Made by a program: the position numbers and the translations under genes. The notes below the pieces were generated by a model. The model saw only the letters and a list, made by a program, of their open reading frames with translations. It had not been told where the DNA came from and did not search any database. From an uncultured Bacteroidota bacterium (GTDB taxonomy: Bacteria > Bacteroidota > Bacteroidia > UBA7662 > CAMTUB01), in assembly GCA_947084835.1 (NCBI GenBank), contig CAMTUB010000009.1, positions 21,534-85,533 of the forward strand: a stretch of DNA of 64,000 nt. The letters are read 5' to 3'. Shown one piece after another: positions 1 through 10,542 of this stretch. Position 1 is the first letter of the stretch; every line of letters starts with the position of its first letter.

Positions 1-810
1 ATTGCATTGTTTATTAAAGATGATAAGGTTATTGGCATCTTTAGTTTACAGGGATTGATATTAATGGCTTTTTATCTATTAGGTTTTGTGATGGCTATTA
101 TGATGGCTTTCATTGTTAAACCATTCATTAAGGAGCAAAGCAAGTCTTATTTTATACTTGAAATGCCTATTTATAGAGCCCCTCGGTGGAAAAATATTTT
201 TATTACACTTATTGAAAAGGGAAAAAACTTTGTATTTGAAACAGGGAAAATAATCATAGCAATAAGCATAATTTTATGGTTCCTGTCAAGTTATGGACCA
301 TCTGATAATTTCGCTAAAATTGATAAAAAGTATACCTCAAAGGAATACGTTTTGATGCCTGAGAAAGATAAAGCCAATAATATTGCAAAAGAAAAACTAG
401 AAAAGTCTTACGCAGGCATTTTAGGCAAAACCATAGAGCCCGCAATAAGACCGCTAGGTTTCGATTGGAAAATTGGAATTTCACTAATTACCTCGTTTGC
501 AGCTCGTGAAGTTTTTGTAGGTACTATGGCTACCATTTACAGTTTGGGCCCAGACGATTTTGACTTAACTAAGTTGAAAGAAAAAATGAGCACCGACATT
601 AACCCAGCAACAGGTAGGCTTGTTTTTACAACCGCAACAGCACTTTCTTTAATGGTTTTTTACGCTTTTGCGATGCAATGTATGAGCACTTTAGCTGTAA
701 CCAGGCGAGAAACTGGAAATTGGAAATGGCCATTTATTCAATTTAGCTATATGACAATATTGGCATATTTAGGTAGCTTAGCAACCTATCAAATCTTAAA
801 TGCAATCTAA
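1..810 (+). CDS. feoB: Ferrous iron transporter FeoB, C-terminal membrane domain (5' end outside window)
   Basis: Frame is open from base 1; the track M at 7 is an internal TTG. Polytopic membrane sequence with FeoB-type segments (EMPIYRAPRWKNI, LITSFAAREVFVGTMATIY). Family recognised by eye, not computed. Confidence 0.85.
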   Translation: MALFIKDDKVIGIFSLQGLILMAFYLLGFVMAIMMAFIVKPFIKEQSKSYFILEMPIYRAPRWKNIFITLIEKGKNFVFETGKIIIAISIILWFLSSYGPSDNFAKIDKKYTSKEYVLMPEKDKANNIAKEKLEKSYAGILGKTIEPAIRPLGFDWKIGISLITSFAAREVFVGTMATIYSLGPDDFDLTKLKEKMSTDINPATGRLVFTTATALSLMVFYAFAMQCMSTLAVTRRETGNWKWPFIQFSYMTILAYLGSLATYQILNAI

Positions 811-1435
811 AGATCAGATTTCAAAGTTTGCTACTGTCCTCGAACCCTATTTGCCTGAAAATGTTTCGGGTTGGGTAGTAGAATATCTGCTAGAGCATAA
901 ATGCAAACTGAAAATTGCTAAAGGTCGAAGCACGCGTTTAGGCGACTATAGGCACCCGTATGGAGATGAAGGGCACCGAATTTCCATTAATCACGATTTA
1001 AACAAATTCTCTTTTTTCATCACTTTATTGCATGAGTTTGCACACCTCGAAACGTGGAATTTAAGCAAAAACTCAGTTTTGCCGCATGGCATTGAATGGA
1101 AAAACGCTTATTCAAAGCTAATTTCTAAGTTTATTTCAGCCAATGTTTTTCCGGATGATATAAAAGCAGCCTTGCTGCGGCAATTACACAATCCTAAAGC
1201 AACCAGTTGTTCTGATTTGCCATTAATGCGTGTTTTAGCAAACTATAACGATGAAACGCTAGGGCTACATTTAGAAACTTTAGAAGAAGGAACCGTTTTC
1301 AAAACAGATAAAAACCGCGTTTTTACTAAAGGTGCTAAACGCAAAACCAGATACATTTGCTGCGAAAAAAAAACGGGGAAATATTATCTATTTCACCCGC
1401 TTACTTTAGTCAACAGCTTAAAAACTGACGATTAG
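800..1435 (+). CDS. SprT-like zinc-metalloprotease domain protein
   Basis: 211-aa ORF with an HExxH motif in SprT-like context (FFITLLHEFAHLETW). Start overlaps the feoB stop by 11 nt. Confidence 0.6.
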   Translation: MQSKDQISKFATVLEPYLPENVSGWVVEYLLEHKCKLKIAKGRSTRLGDYRHPYGDEGHRISINHDLNKFSFFITLLHEFAHLETWNLSKNSVLPHGIEWKNAYSKLISKFISANVFPDDIKAALLRQLHNPKATSCSDLPLMRVLANYNDETLGLHLETLEEGTVFKTDKNRVFTKGAKRKTRYICCEKKTGKYYLFHPLTLVNSLKTDD

Positions 1436-1449
1436 AAATCTTCGTAAAC

Positions 1450-1938
1450 CTACTTTTTGTTCAAGTATAATTTCAAATTTGTATTCACGGTTTGATTTAA
1501 ATTAAGAACCGTATCACGTAAAACAACGGGGAAAATAGTTGTCCAAACTTGTCTCGTTTTATCGTTTGTTATCACTTCAAACTCCCTTACTTCAGCTGTA
1601 GAATCATCGGTAATTATCACTTTATCCTTTGTATTTCTAAATGTTCCAGAGCCAACCAAATTTACTGGAACTCGAAGCGTATCAGAGAAAACAAGCACTT
1701 CTGCATCAAAAACCAATTGATAAGAGCTTTTTTTAGAGCCATTATCAAACTTTAAAAAACCTGAATTATAGGCGGTGTTTGCAACATTTAGCAATCCTAT
1801 TGGGGTCGAAATTTTACCGGAATAATCCAGTTGAGTAATATTCCATTCTCCATCAAGTCTATTTGCAAGTTGTTTTTCTTTCGAACAACTAGAAAACAAA
1901 ACGGCAACCGTGCCCATTAAAAAAAGCAATTTCTTCAT
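1450..1938 (-). CDS. Small lipoprotein, function unknown (possibly lipocalin-like)
   Basis: Start moved to ATG at 1936-1938. This gives MKKLLFLMGTVAVLFSSC, a signal peptide plus lipobox Cys. The longer track ORF to 2124 is an alternate-frame read of the Gly-rich tail of the upstream gene. Confidence 0.55.
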   Translation of the reverse strand: MKKLLFLMGTVAVLFSSCSKEKQLANRLDGEWNITQLDYSGKISTPIGLLNVANTAYNSGFLKFDNGSKKSSYQLVFDAEVLVFSDTLRVPVNLVGSGTFRNTKDKVIITDDSTAEVREFEVITNDKTRQVWTTIFPVVLRDTVLNLNQTVNTNLKLYLNKK

Positions 1939-1948
1939 AGTATATTTT

Positions 1949-2710
1949 TTACCAACTGCCACTTGCACCTCCACCTCCGGTACTTCCACCGCCAAAGCCG
2001 CCAAAGCCACCTCCGCTGCTTCCACGACCGAATCCTCCTCCAAAACCTCCGCCACCCCAAGGCATAAAAAAGGGCGGTGAATGTGATCGTCTTCCACCTT
2101 TACCATAGGTATGCCCACCACCATTATTTCTGTTAAAAAATGAAATTAATATTAAAATCAGGATTATGAAAACTACAACTTTCCAATTTATAGCTTTTGG
2201 GCCATCAGGGCTATCGTTAATATACGTACCACTTAATACACTTATAATAGATGTAGTAGCTTCATCAAGGGCGCTATAATAATCGCCTCTTTTTAGATAC
2301 GGAACAATTTGCTGCTCAATTATTCTTCGTGATAAGGCATCTGTTAAATAGCTTTCGATTCCGTATCCGTTTTTAATATCAACTTTGCGATTATCGATAG
2401 CTAAAGTAATCAGGATGCCATTGTCTTTGCCATCTTTTCCGATTTCCCATTTTTCGAAAACACGCGTTGCAAAATCAGCTATTTCATAGTCGCCTAATTC
2501 TTTAACTATGAGTATTGCGATTTGCGTTGAAGTTGAGTCGCTATAAGCTACCAGTTTGTTTTCTAGCTCTTGCTTTTCCGATTCGCCTAAAATACCTACA
2601 AAATCATTTACCAACCTTTGAGGCGAGGGCTTTTCGGGTATTTGAGCAAAAATATTTGCTGCAAAAAACAGAAATAAAGCAGTAAATCTAATCGCCAAAC
2701 GATATTTCAT
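1949..2710 (-). CDS. TPM domain protein (YgcG-like) with TM helix and Gly-rich C-terminal tail
   Basis: Signal peptide MKYRLAIRFTALFLFFAANIFAQ, from ATG 2708-2710. TPM-type core (VNDFVGILGESEKQELENKL...STQIAILIV...DNGILITLAIDNRKVDI). A TM segment is followed by GGGFGGGFGRGSSGGGFGGFGGGSTGGGGASGSW. Confidence 0.75.
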   Translation of the reverse strand: MKYRLAIRFTALFLFFAANIFAQIPEKPSPQRLVNDFVGILGESEKQELENKLVAYSDSTSTQIAILIVKELGDYEIADFATRVFEKWEIGKDGKDNGILITLAIDNRKVDIKNGYGIESYLTDALSRRIIEQQIVPYLKRGDYYSALDEATTSIISVLSGTYINDSPDGPKAINWKVVVFIILILILISFFNRNNGGGHTYGKGGRRSHSPPFFMPWGGGGFGGGFGRGSSGGGFGGFGGGSTGGGGASGSW

Positions 2711-3134
2711 CGGAAAGTTCATTTGTATCATTGTCTAAATAAGGGAAATATTCTTTTAAGCTATTTCCACACTTTTGTATGGCATCTAATATACCTTTAA
2801 GAAAATTCCCCTCTTTAAATTTCCCCGACAATTCATTTGCAATATTTTTCCAAAAATCATCTGACACCGCGTTGTTAATTCCAACATCGCCAACTACTGA
2901 AAACCGATGTGATTTAACCGCGATGTAAAACAAAATGCCATTTTTTGCAATGGTGTTATGCATTTCTAACGAAACAAAAAGCTCTGTAGCCCTCTCTAAA
3001 GGGTCTTTTTTGCTTTCATTTTCTACATGAATCCGAATTTCGCCAGATGTATTTTTTTCAGCCTCTTCAATAGCCAAAACAATCTGCTTTTGTTCTAACT
3101 CAGTAAAGAAGTTTTTTGCTGAAATTTCTTGCAT
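2688..3134 (-). CDS. TPM domain protein (cytoplasmic type)
   Basis: 148-aa ORF with a TPM-like pattern (EEAEKNTSGEIRIHVE...NGILFYIAVKSHRFSVVGD). Start ATG overlaps the lemA stop as TAATG. Confidence 0.7.
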   Translation of the reverse strand: MQEISAKNFFTELEQKQIVLAIEEAEKNTSGEIRIHVENESKKDPLERATELFVSLEMHNTIAKNGILFYIAVKSHRFSVVGDVGINNAVSDDFWKNIANELSGKFKEGNFLKGILDAIQKCGNSLKEYFPYLDNDTNELSDEISFGD

Positions 3135-3709
3135 TAAAATTCAACTTTAGGGGCTTTTTCAGAACCTGCATCAGCCTGAAAATATGGACTTTCTTCAAAA
3201 GAAAACATCTTCGCAATCATGTTGTTCGGAAAGCGTTTAATGTACGCGTTGTAATCTTTTACAACTTCATTAAATCTTCTGCGTTCTACATTGATTCTGT
3301 TTTCTGTTCCTTCAAGTTGAGATTGCAATTCTAAAAAGTTTTGATTCGCTTTCAATTGCGGATAACTTTCAGCAACAACTAACAAACGAGACAAAGAACC
3401 TTTAAGCTGCTCTTGCGCTTGCTGAAATTGTTTCATTGAGTTTTCATCTAACTTGCTCGCGTCTAGTTGAATACTTGTTGCTTTAGATCTTGCTTCAATT
3501 ACTTGAGTTAATGTAGTTTGCTCAAAATTTGCAACTCCCTTTACTGTACTTACTAGGTTAGGAATTAAATCTGCTCTGCGCTGATATGCGCCCTGCATAT
3601 TTCCGAGTTGCTCTTTTACCTGCTCTTGCTTAGTAACCATAGAGTTATACCCACAACTTCCTAAAAATAATGGGAAAATTGCTACTAATAATAAATGACG
3701 TAATTTCAT
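3134..3709 (-). CDS. lemA: LemA family protein
   Basis: 191-aa ORF with lipoprotein-like N-terminus (LFLGSCGYN) and typical LemA sequence (YQRRADLIPNLV...ESYPQLKANQNFLELQSQLEGTENRI...RRRFN). Confidence 0.85.
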   Translation of the reverse strand: MKLRHLLLVAIFPLFLGSCGYNSMVTKQEQVKEQLGNMQGAYQRRADLIPNLVSTVKGVANFEQTTLTQVIEARSKATSIQLDASKLDENSMKQFQQAQEQLKGSLSRLLVVAESYPQLKANQNFLELQSQLEGTENRINVERRRFNEVVKDYNAYIKRFPNNMIAKMFSFEESPYFQADAGSEKAPKVEF

Positions 3710-3787
3710 TTTCTTTATTTATTTGTTTGATTAAAAATACTGTTTTAGCTTATTTTGATACGATATTTGTCATCAAAAGGTTGCAAA

Positions 3788-4138
3788 ATGTCTAACAAAG
3801 TAAGCAAATTTAATGAATACCGTTCAAAAATGAACGAACGCATTTTAGCTACAAAGAATAAAACATTACAAAAAATCTATAATACCGATCATACAACCTA
3901 CCAAGAAGGGGCTTTGCCAGTAAAAACTAAAGAAATGCTGGGACTTGTTGCCTCTATGGTTTTGCGTTGCGATGATTGTATTGCCTACCATTTACAAGAA
4001 AGTTTTAACGCTGGAGTTACTAGTGAGGAACTTTATGAAGTTTTTGGAATTGCCAATTTAGTTGGTGGAACTATCGTTATACCTCATACACGCAGAGCTA
4101 TTGAATTTTGGGACGAATTAAATAAAACCGACAAATAA
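3788..4138 (+). CDS. Carboxymuconolactone decarboxylase family protein (AhpD-like, CxxC)
   Basis: ATG at 3788 is preferred over the TTG at 3755. AhpD-like core LRCDDCIAYH. Confidence 0.7.
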   Translation: MSNKVSKFNEYRSKMNERILATKNKTLQKIYNTDHTTYQEGALPVKTKEMLGLVASMVLRCDDCIAYHLQESFNAGVTSEELYEVFGIANLVGGTIVIPHTRRAIEFWDELNKTDK

Positions 4139-4141
4139 CCC

Positions 4142-4561
4142 ATGGACGAAAATATAATACATTCTGACAAAGCCCCTGAGCCCGTAGGGAAATACCCTCA
4201 TGCTCGAAAAGTAGGCAATATGCTTTTTCTCTCTGGGGTTGGTCCTCGTGAAAAAGGGACAAAAAAAATTCCTGGAGTTACGCTGAATGATAAAGGTGAA
4301 ATTGAATCATACGACATAGCCTTACAATGCCACTCTGTTTTTAAAAATGTGAAGGATATTTTAGAAGTTTCTGGCTCTTCGTGGGAAAAGTTAATTGATG
4401 TTACTGTTTTTCTTACCAATATGAAGGCTGACTTCCCAATTTACAATAAACTTTGGGCTGAATATTTTGGAGAAAATGCTCCATGTAGAACTACTATTGA
4501 AATATTATCGTTACCAACTCCAATTGGTATAGAATTAAAATGCATTGCCATATTAGACTAG
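4142..4561 (+). CDS. RidA/YjgF family reactive-intermediate deaminase
   Basis: 139-aa ORF with a YjgF/RidA pattern (SDKAPEPVGKYPHARKVGNMLFLSG...PCRTTIE). Confidence 0.8.
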   Translation: MDENIIHSDKAPEPVGKYPHARKVGNMLFLSGVGPREKGTKKIPGVTLNDKGEIESYDIALQCHSVFKNVKDILEVSGSSWEKLIDVTVFLTNMKADFPIYNKLWAEYFGENAPCRTTIEILSLPTPIGIELKCIAILD

Positions 4562-4611
4562 GTTTTTGTATTCAAATAAAATATTCATAATCCAATATAA
4601 TTTTTTCAATA

Positions 4612-5754
4612 ATGAAAATAGGGATTGTTTGCTTTCCAACTTACGGTGGAAGTGGCGTATTAGCAACAGAATTAGGAAAAGCTTTAGCAGTTGAGGGACA
4701 CGAGGTTCATTTTATCAGTTATACGCAACCCGCAAGATTGGATATGGCATTTAATGAAAATCTTTTCTACCACGAAGTTTCTGTAACAAACTATCCACTT
4801 TTTGTTTATCCACCTTACGTACTTTCTTTAGCAGGGAAGTTGATTGATGTGGTTAAATACGAAAAACTGGATATTATACATGTACATTATGCTATTCCGC
4901 ATGCCTCCGCTGCATTAATGGCAAAACAAATATTGGCAGATCAAGGCATAAACATCCCCATCATAACCACGCTTCACGGCACCGACATTTCGTTGGTTGG
5001 GAAAGAAAGCCTTTTCGAACCGCTAGTAAGCTATGCAATCAATCAATCTAATGCTGTTACATCGGTTTCTAATTGGCTAAAAGAAGAAACTATTAGGCAT
5101 TTCAACATCAAAAAAGAGATTGAAGTGATTTATAATTTTGTGGATTTAGAACGCTTTTCTGCTAAAAACATCGAGCACTTTAAAAAAGCCATTGCACCCG
5201 ATAATGAATTTATCATCTCACACACATCAAATTTCAGGAAGCTAAAGCGGGTAGATAATGTGGTAAATATTTTTGCAAAAATTAATGCACAAATCCCATC
5301 AAAACTGTTACTTGTTGGCGATGGTCCTGATAGGCAAAAAACGGAACAACAGTGCAGAGATTTAGGCATCTGGCATGATGTTCGTTTTTTAGGAAAACAA
5401 GATGCAATCGAAGAAATACTTTCGGTTAGTGACCTGTTTTTGATGCCTTCAGAAACAGAAAGTTTTGGACTCTCTGCACTAGAAGCTATGGCGTGCAGAG
5501 TACCAGTCATATCAAGCGATGCAGGAGGTTTGCCCGAAGTCAACATACATAACGTTACAGGATATTGCTGCCATATGCATGATATAGATTGTATGGCTCA
5601 ATTAGCCATTGACTTACTTTCAGACAAAGAAAAACTAGAGCAGTTTAAAGAAAATGCATATCAAAATGCACTAAAATTTGACATTAAAAAAATCTTACCA
5701 GATTACATCACTCTCTATGAGAGAGTAATTAAAGAAAGTTGCAATGCTGTTTAA
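4612..5754 (+). CDS. bshA: N-acetyl-alpha-D-glucosaminyl L-malate synthase BshA (GT4)
   Basis: 380-aa ORF. N-terminus MKIGIVCFPTYGGSGVLATELGKALAVEGHEVHFISY and the C-terminal GT-B motif (SETESFGLSALEAMACRVPVISSDAGGLPEV) match BshA-type enzymes. Confidence 0.8.
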   Translation: MKIGIVCFPTYGGSGVLATELGKALAVEGHEVHFISYTQPARLDMAFNENLFYHEVSVTNYPLFVYPPYVLSLAGKLIDVVKYEKLDIIHVHYAIPHASAALMAKQILADQGINIPIITTLHGTDISLVGKESLFEPLVSYAINQSNAVTSVSNWLKEETIRHFNIKKEIEVIYNFVDLERFSAKNIEHFKKAIAPDNEFIISHTSNFRKLKRVDNVVNIFAKINAQIPSKLLLVGDGPDRQKTEQQCRDLGIWHDVRFLGKQDAIEEILSVSDLFLMPSETESFGLSALEAMACRVPVISSDAGGLPEVNIHNVTGYCCHMHDIDCMAQLAIDLLSDKEKLEQFKENAYQNALKFDIKKILPDYITLYERVIKESCNAV

Positions 5755-6244
5755 AGCTCAAATAGCATTTCTTTTATTGTTGACAATTTCTTCGTGTGCA
5801 TCTAAACACGGAAAGCCTATTGAACTGAAAGAAAAATTAACTCAAATTTCGTTTGAAAAGACCCGAATTTATCCGCTGTTTTTTTCAGATCCTGAAAAAA
5901 ACAATGCCGAAATGTTTGTAATTGAAACTGAAAACGACTTTTTGATACAATCAAAAAAACTTGGCTTTACAGCTAGCACTAAAGATCATGTGAATTTCAA
6001 TTCTGAAAACCTAGTTCTCATTTATGGAGGAAAGCGCAATACAGGAGGTCATTCATGTGAACTAACCCATATTACTTTGCAAAAGAATAATTATTTTTTA
6101 AAGAGCAAAGTCACAAAACCAGGAATTGGCTGTATTTCGACTGATGTTATTACCTTTCCAATTTCAATTTACAAATTTCAAAAGCCGATTCAAAGCGTAA
6201 AATATTTTTTTGACATCAGCGAGTTTCAAAGGAATTGTAACTAA
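5744..6244 (+). CDS. Lipoprotein with PrcB C-terminal-like domain
   Basis: Lipobox LLLTISSCAS. The segment IYGGKRNTGGHSCELTHITL...VITFPISIYKF resembles the PrcB_C pattern. Overlaps the bshA stop by 11 nt. Confidence 0.45.
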   Translation: MLFKAQIAFLLLLTISSCASKHGKPIELKEKLTQISFEKTRIYPLFFSDPEKNNAEMFVIETENDFLIQSKKLGFTASTKDHVNFNSENLVLIYGGKRNTGGHSCELTHITLQKNNYFLKSKVTKPGIGCISTDVITFPISIYKFQKPIQSVKYFFDISEFQRNCN

Positions 6245-6260
6245 TACCCATTTAGATTTT

Positions 6261-6268
6261 TATTTTTG
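6261..6268 (+). promoter_or_regulatory. Candidate Bacteroidota -7 box (TATTTTTG) upstream of or overlapping the PBP1A start region
   Basis: Exact TAnnTTTG match. Its last G is the first base of the GTG that opens the track ORF. If the box is functional, the real start lies further downstream. Confidence 0.3.
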
Positions 6269-8658
6269 TGCCCCATAAGAACTTGACTTTGAAAATCATT
6301 TTAAACTTTCTCCTTCTCCTTTTAAAACGGTTAAAACAGTTTTGGATCTTACTATTTGATTTCTCTTTTTTCAACCGGAAAAAGTTTAAAAACCTATCTT
6401 CATTTGCCAAGGTAGGATCAATATTATATACGTTAGTGCTTACAATTGCACTGATGGCAACTGCAGTTGAGGTAAATTTTCTATGGTTATTTGGCAAAAT
6501 GCCAAGTATTGCCACAGTCGCGAATCCAGAATTAGATATTTCATCAGAAATTTATGCCGAGGATGGACGATTAATAGGTAAATATTACCGTGAAAACCGA
6601 AGCCCTGTTACGTTTTCAGAACTTACACCTCAAGTTATTCAAACACTTGTTGTAACTGAGGATGTTCGATTTTATGAGCATAACGGAATCGATTTCAAAG
6701 CGTTATTTTCTGCTGTTTGGTCAAATTTGAAAGGCGATAAAAGAGGTGCATCAACCATTTCGCAACAGCTTGCAAAAAATCTTTTCAAAACCCGCAAAAA
6801 TGATTCTAAAGGATTGCTAGGCTACATCCCTGTAATAAATACCTTGTTCGCAAAATCAAAAGAATGGATTTCGGCTATTAAACTTGAAATTTTTTATTCA
6901 AAAAACCAAATTCTAACACTATATCTAAACACAGTTGATTTTGGAGCTAACTCATTCGGAATAAAAGTTGCAGCTCACACTTATTTCAATAAAAATCTTA
7001 GTCAATTAAATTGGAACGAAACTTCCATTTTAATGGGAATGTTGAAAGCACCAACTACGTACAATCCTATTTCTAATCCCAAAAACGCATTCGAAAGAAA
7101 AAATACAGTACTTGGTTTGCTCCTAAAACATGAAAAAATTAGCCAAGCTGAACATTCTAAATGGCTAAAAACGCCTCTTAATTTAAATGTCAATACTCAA
7201 AAAGACAATGAAGGTATTGCCCCCTATTTCAAATCTGCTGCAGCAAACTGGCTTAAAAAATGGGGAAAGGAAAATGGTTATGACGTTTATAGCGATGGGC
7301 TAAAAATATACACATCCATTAATTTAGAAATGCAGGCTTATGCAGAAAAAGCAATGGAAGAAAAAATGCGCATGCTACAGCAACGTTTTTATCGCCATTG
7401 GCCTGATAAAAACCACAGGCCATGGATGGCAGAACCTGGCACTGATACATTAAGCTATATTTTGGGGATTGCAAAAAAATCGGAAAGATACAAAGCCCTT
7501 AAAGCAGAGAAGAAAAACGAAGAATACATTCTTAAAATCCTAAACACTCCGATTAAAATGTCGGTTTTTACTTGGAATGGAGAAAGAGATACACTCTTAA
7601 GTCCTATCGATTCTATAAAACACAATATCACTCTGCTACAAGCAGCACTAATGACCCTAGATCCACACACAGGTCAAGTGAAGGCATGGATTGGGGGTAT
7701 CAATTTCGATAAATTTAAATTTGACCATGTGAGCCAATCTATGCGCCAGCCAGGATCTACTTTCAAACCATTTGTTTACGCAACAGCTTTAGAACAAGGC
7801 TGGGGACCCTGCGATAAAATTATTGACCAAGAAGTAACCATAAAATATGTTGAAAATGGCGAAAACAAAACTTGGACGCCTCATAATGCCGACTGGATTT
7901 CTACTGGAACTGAAATGACTTTAAGAAGAGGCATGGCAAAATCGGTAAATACGGTTACATCTCAACTTACAGAAAAAGTTACCCCACAGGCTGTTGCAGA
8001 TCTAGCTAAAAAAATGGGAATTACAAGCAAGTTAAAACCCGTTCCATCCATCGGATTGGGTTCAAATGAGGTGACACTTTTTGAGCTTACGGGCGCTTAT
8101 GGTACGTATATGAATAAAGGCGAATGGATTGAACCTCACTATATCATGCGTATTGAGGATAAAAACGGGAAAACACTATATTCAGCAAAACCTCAAAAAA
8201 GACAAGTTCTAACTCCAGAAAACGCATGGTTAATGACCTATATGTTCCGGGGTGGATTAGAAGAGCCTGGCGGAACATCGCAAGCATTGTTTGAATATGG
8301 AGTAACCATTCGAAACGAAATTGGTGGCAAAACCGGAACTTCATCTGATTACTCAGACGGTTGGTTTTTTGGAATTACAAAAGAACTAGTTACCGGGGTT
8401 TGGGTAGGCTGTGATGATAGAAAAATACATTTCAGAACATCACAAACGGGTGAAGGCTCAAGAACGGCATTGCCCATTTATGGCAAATACATGGACTATA
8501 TGTACGAAGACCCTAAAATGCCTATTTCAAAAGGCGTTTTTCCTCAGCCTACAATTCCAATAATAAAACCTCATAATTGCAGAACTTACCTTCCTAAATC
8601 AGACTCTTTAAATATGGATTCTTTAAATATTGATGCTGAATTCGAGGGCATATTTTAA
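6268..8658 (+). CDS. mrcA: Penicillin-binding protein 1A (bifunctional transglycosylase/transpeptidase)
   Basis: GT51 motifs TEDVRFYEHNGID and GASTISQQ. Transpeptidase motifs STFKP, SVN and KTGTS. The 5' end is uncertain: GTG at 6268, or in-frame TTG codons at 6283 and 6289; there is no ATG before the TM helix. Confidence 0.9.
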   Translation: MPHKNLTLKIILNFLLLLLKRLKQFWILLFDFSFFNRKKFKNLSSFAKVGSILYTLVLTIALMATAVEVNFLWLFGKMPSIATVANPELDISSEIYAEDGRLIGKYYRENRSPVTFSELTPQVIQTLVVTEDVRFYEHNGIDFKALFSAVWSNLKGDKRGASTISQQLAKNLFKTRKNDSKGLLGYIPVINTLFAKSKEWISAIKLEIFYSKNQILTLYLNTVDFGANSFGIKVAAHTYFNKNLSQLNWNETSILMGMLKAPTTYNPISNPKNAFERKNTVLGLLLKHEKISQAEHSKWLKTPLNLNVNTQKDNEGIAPYFKSAAANWLKKWGKENGYDVYSDGLKIYTSINLEMQAYAEKAMEEKMRMLQQRFYRHWPDKNHRPWMAEPGTDTLSYILGIAKKSERYKALKAEKKNEEYILKILNTPIKMSVFTWNGERDTLLSPIDSIKHNITLLQAALMTLDPHTGQVKAWIGGINFDKFKFDHVSQSMRQPGSTFKPFVYATALEQGWGPCDKIIDQEVTIKYVENGENKTWTPHNADWISTGTEMTLRRGMAKSVNTVTSQLTEKVTPQAVADLAKKMGITSKLKPVPSIGLGSNEVTLFELTGAYGTYMNKGEWIEPHYIMRIEDKNGKTLYSAKPQKRQVLTPENAWLMTYMFRGGLEEPGGTSQALFEYGVTIRNEIGGKTGTSSDYSDGWFFGITKELVTGVWVGCDDRKIHFRTSQTGEGSRTALPIYGKYMDYMYEDPKMPISKGVFPQPTIPIIKPHNCRTYLPKSDSLNMDSLNIDAEFEGIF

Positions 8659-8783
8659 TGCCATTCTGAATTTAATTATGCCTAAATTCTTTCTTACATA
8701 ACACTGATTGGAAATAAAAAGACTAAATTTCGACATTATTCGTTTTAAAATCATCCATCAACTTTAAATAAACACCAAAGTAA

Positions 8784-10076
<1,293 letters not shown>

Positions 10077-10086
10077 ATTATTAGCA

Positions 10087-10377
10087 ATGGAAAAAGTTAA
10101 GAAGATTTTACGGTTATTAAAAAACAGATATGTTTTGGTTTTAACTTTTTCATTTATCTGGATTACTTTTTTGGATAGAAACAACTTATTTAATCAATAT
10201 GAGTTTTATTCAAAACAAAAAGAGCTTAATAAAACCAAAGATTTTTACTTAGAAAACTTACAAAAGATCGATAAAGAGAAGTCTGAGCTAGATTCTGACT
10301 TATCTATGCTTGAAAAATTTGGCAGAGAAAAGTATAAAATCAAAAAAACAGACGAAGATATTTTCTTAATTAATTAA
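10087..10377 (+). CDS. Septum formation initiator family protein (FtsB/DivIC-like)
   Basis: 96-aa ORF with an N-terminal TM helix, a coiled coil and the typical ending LEKFGREKYKIKKTDEDIFLI. Lies directly downstream of eno. Confidence 0.6.
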   Translation: MEKVKKILRLLKNRYVLVLTFSFIWITFLDRNNLFNQYEFYSKQKELNKTKDFYLENLQKIDKEKSELDSDLSMLEKFGREKYKIKKTDEDIFLIN

Positions 10378-10514
10378 GAAAATATCTTCTTATATTAATG
10401 CATATTTTTTTCAATAATAAGTCCAATGTCACCACTAATGGTGATATGAATTCTTAAAATAATACTTGAACTTTGCTTTTATATAAAATATTAATAAAAG
10501 TAATAAGGGGTAAA

Positions 10515-10540
10515 AGCACCTAACCTTCGGGGTAGGTGCT
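10515..10540. terminator. Bidirectional intrinsic terminator between the ftsB-like gene and the LuxR-family gene
   Basis: AGCACCTAACC-TTCG-GGGTAGGTGCT stem-loop with one mismatch. It is flanked by AAAA on the left and TTTTT on the right, and abuts the LuxR stop at 10543. Confidence 0.8.
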
Positions 10541-10542
10541 TT

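Noticed and set aside
1939-2124. N-terminal 62-codon extension of the 1450..2124 ORF (MVVGIPMVKVEDD...VEVQVAVGKKYT)
   Set aside because: It is the alternate-frame reading of the Gly-rich tail of the TPM gene. A clean lipoprotein signal peptide starts at the internal ATG at 1938.
5130-5546. Antisense or alternate-frame ORFs of 60-140 aa inside known genes. This one is inside bshA. Others include 1549..1755, 3116..3334, 4198..4419, 7002..7193, 9388..9600, 13812..14063, 16152..16472, 18469..18759, 28474..29275, 33787..34137, 34484..34888, 35148..35456, 36354..36698, 39447..39683, 53387..53650 and 61649..61909.
   Set aside because: All are nested in confidently assigned genes, lack start context or motifs, and have shadow-frame composition.
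10429-10444. Palindrome TCACCA-CTAA-TGGTGA in the convergent intergenic region downstream of the ftsB-like gene
   Set aside because: It is short (6-bp arms) and sits in a 3' UTR with no downstream gene to regulate. I cannot distinguish a small RNA hairpin or binding site from chance.
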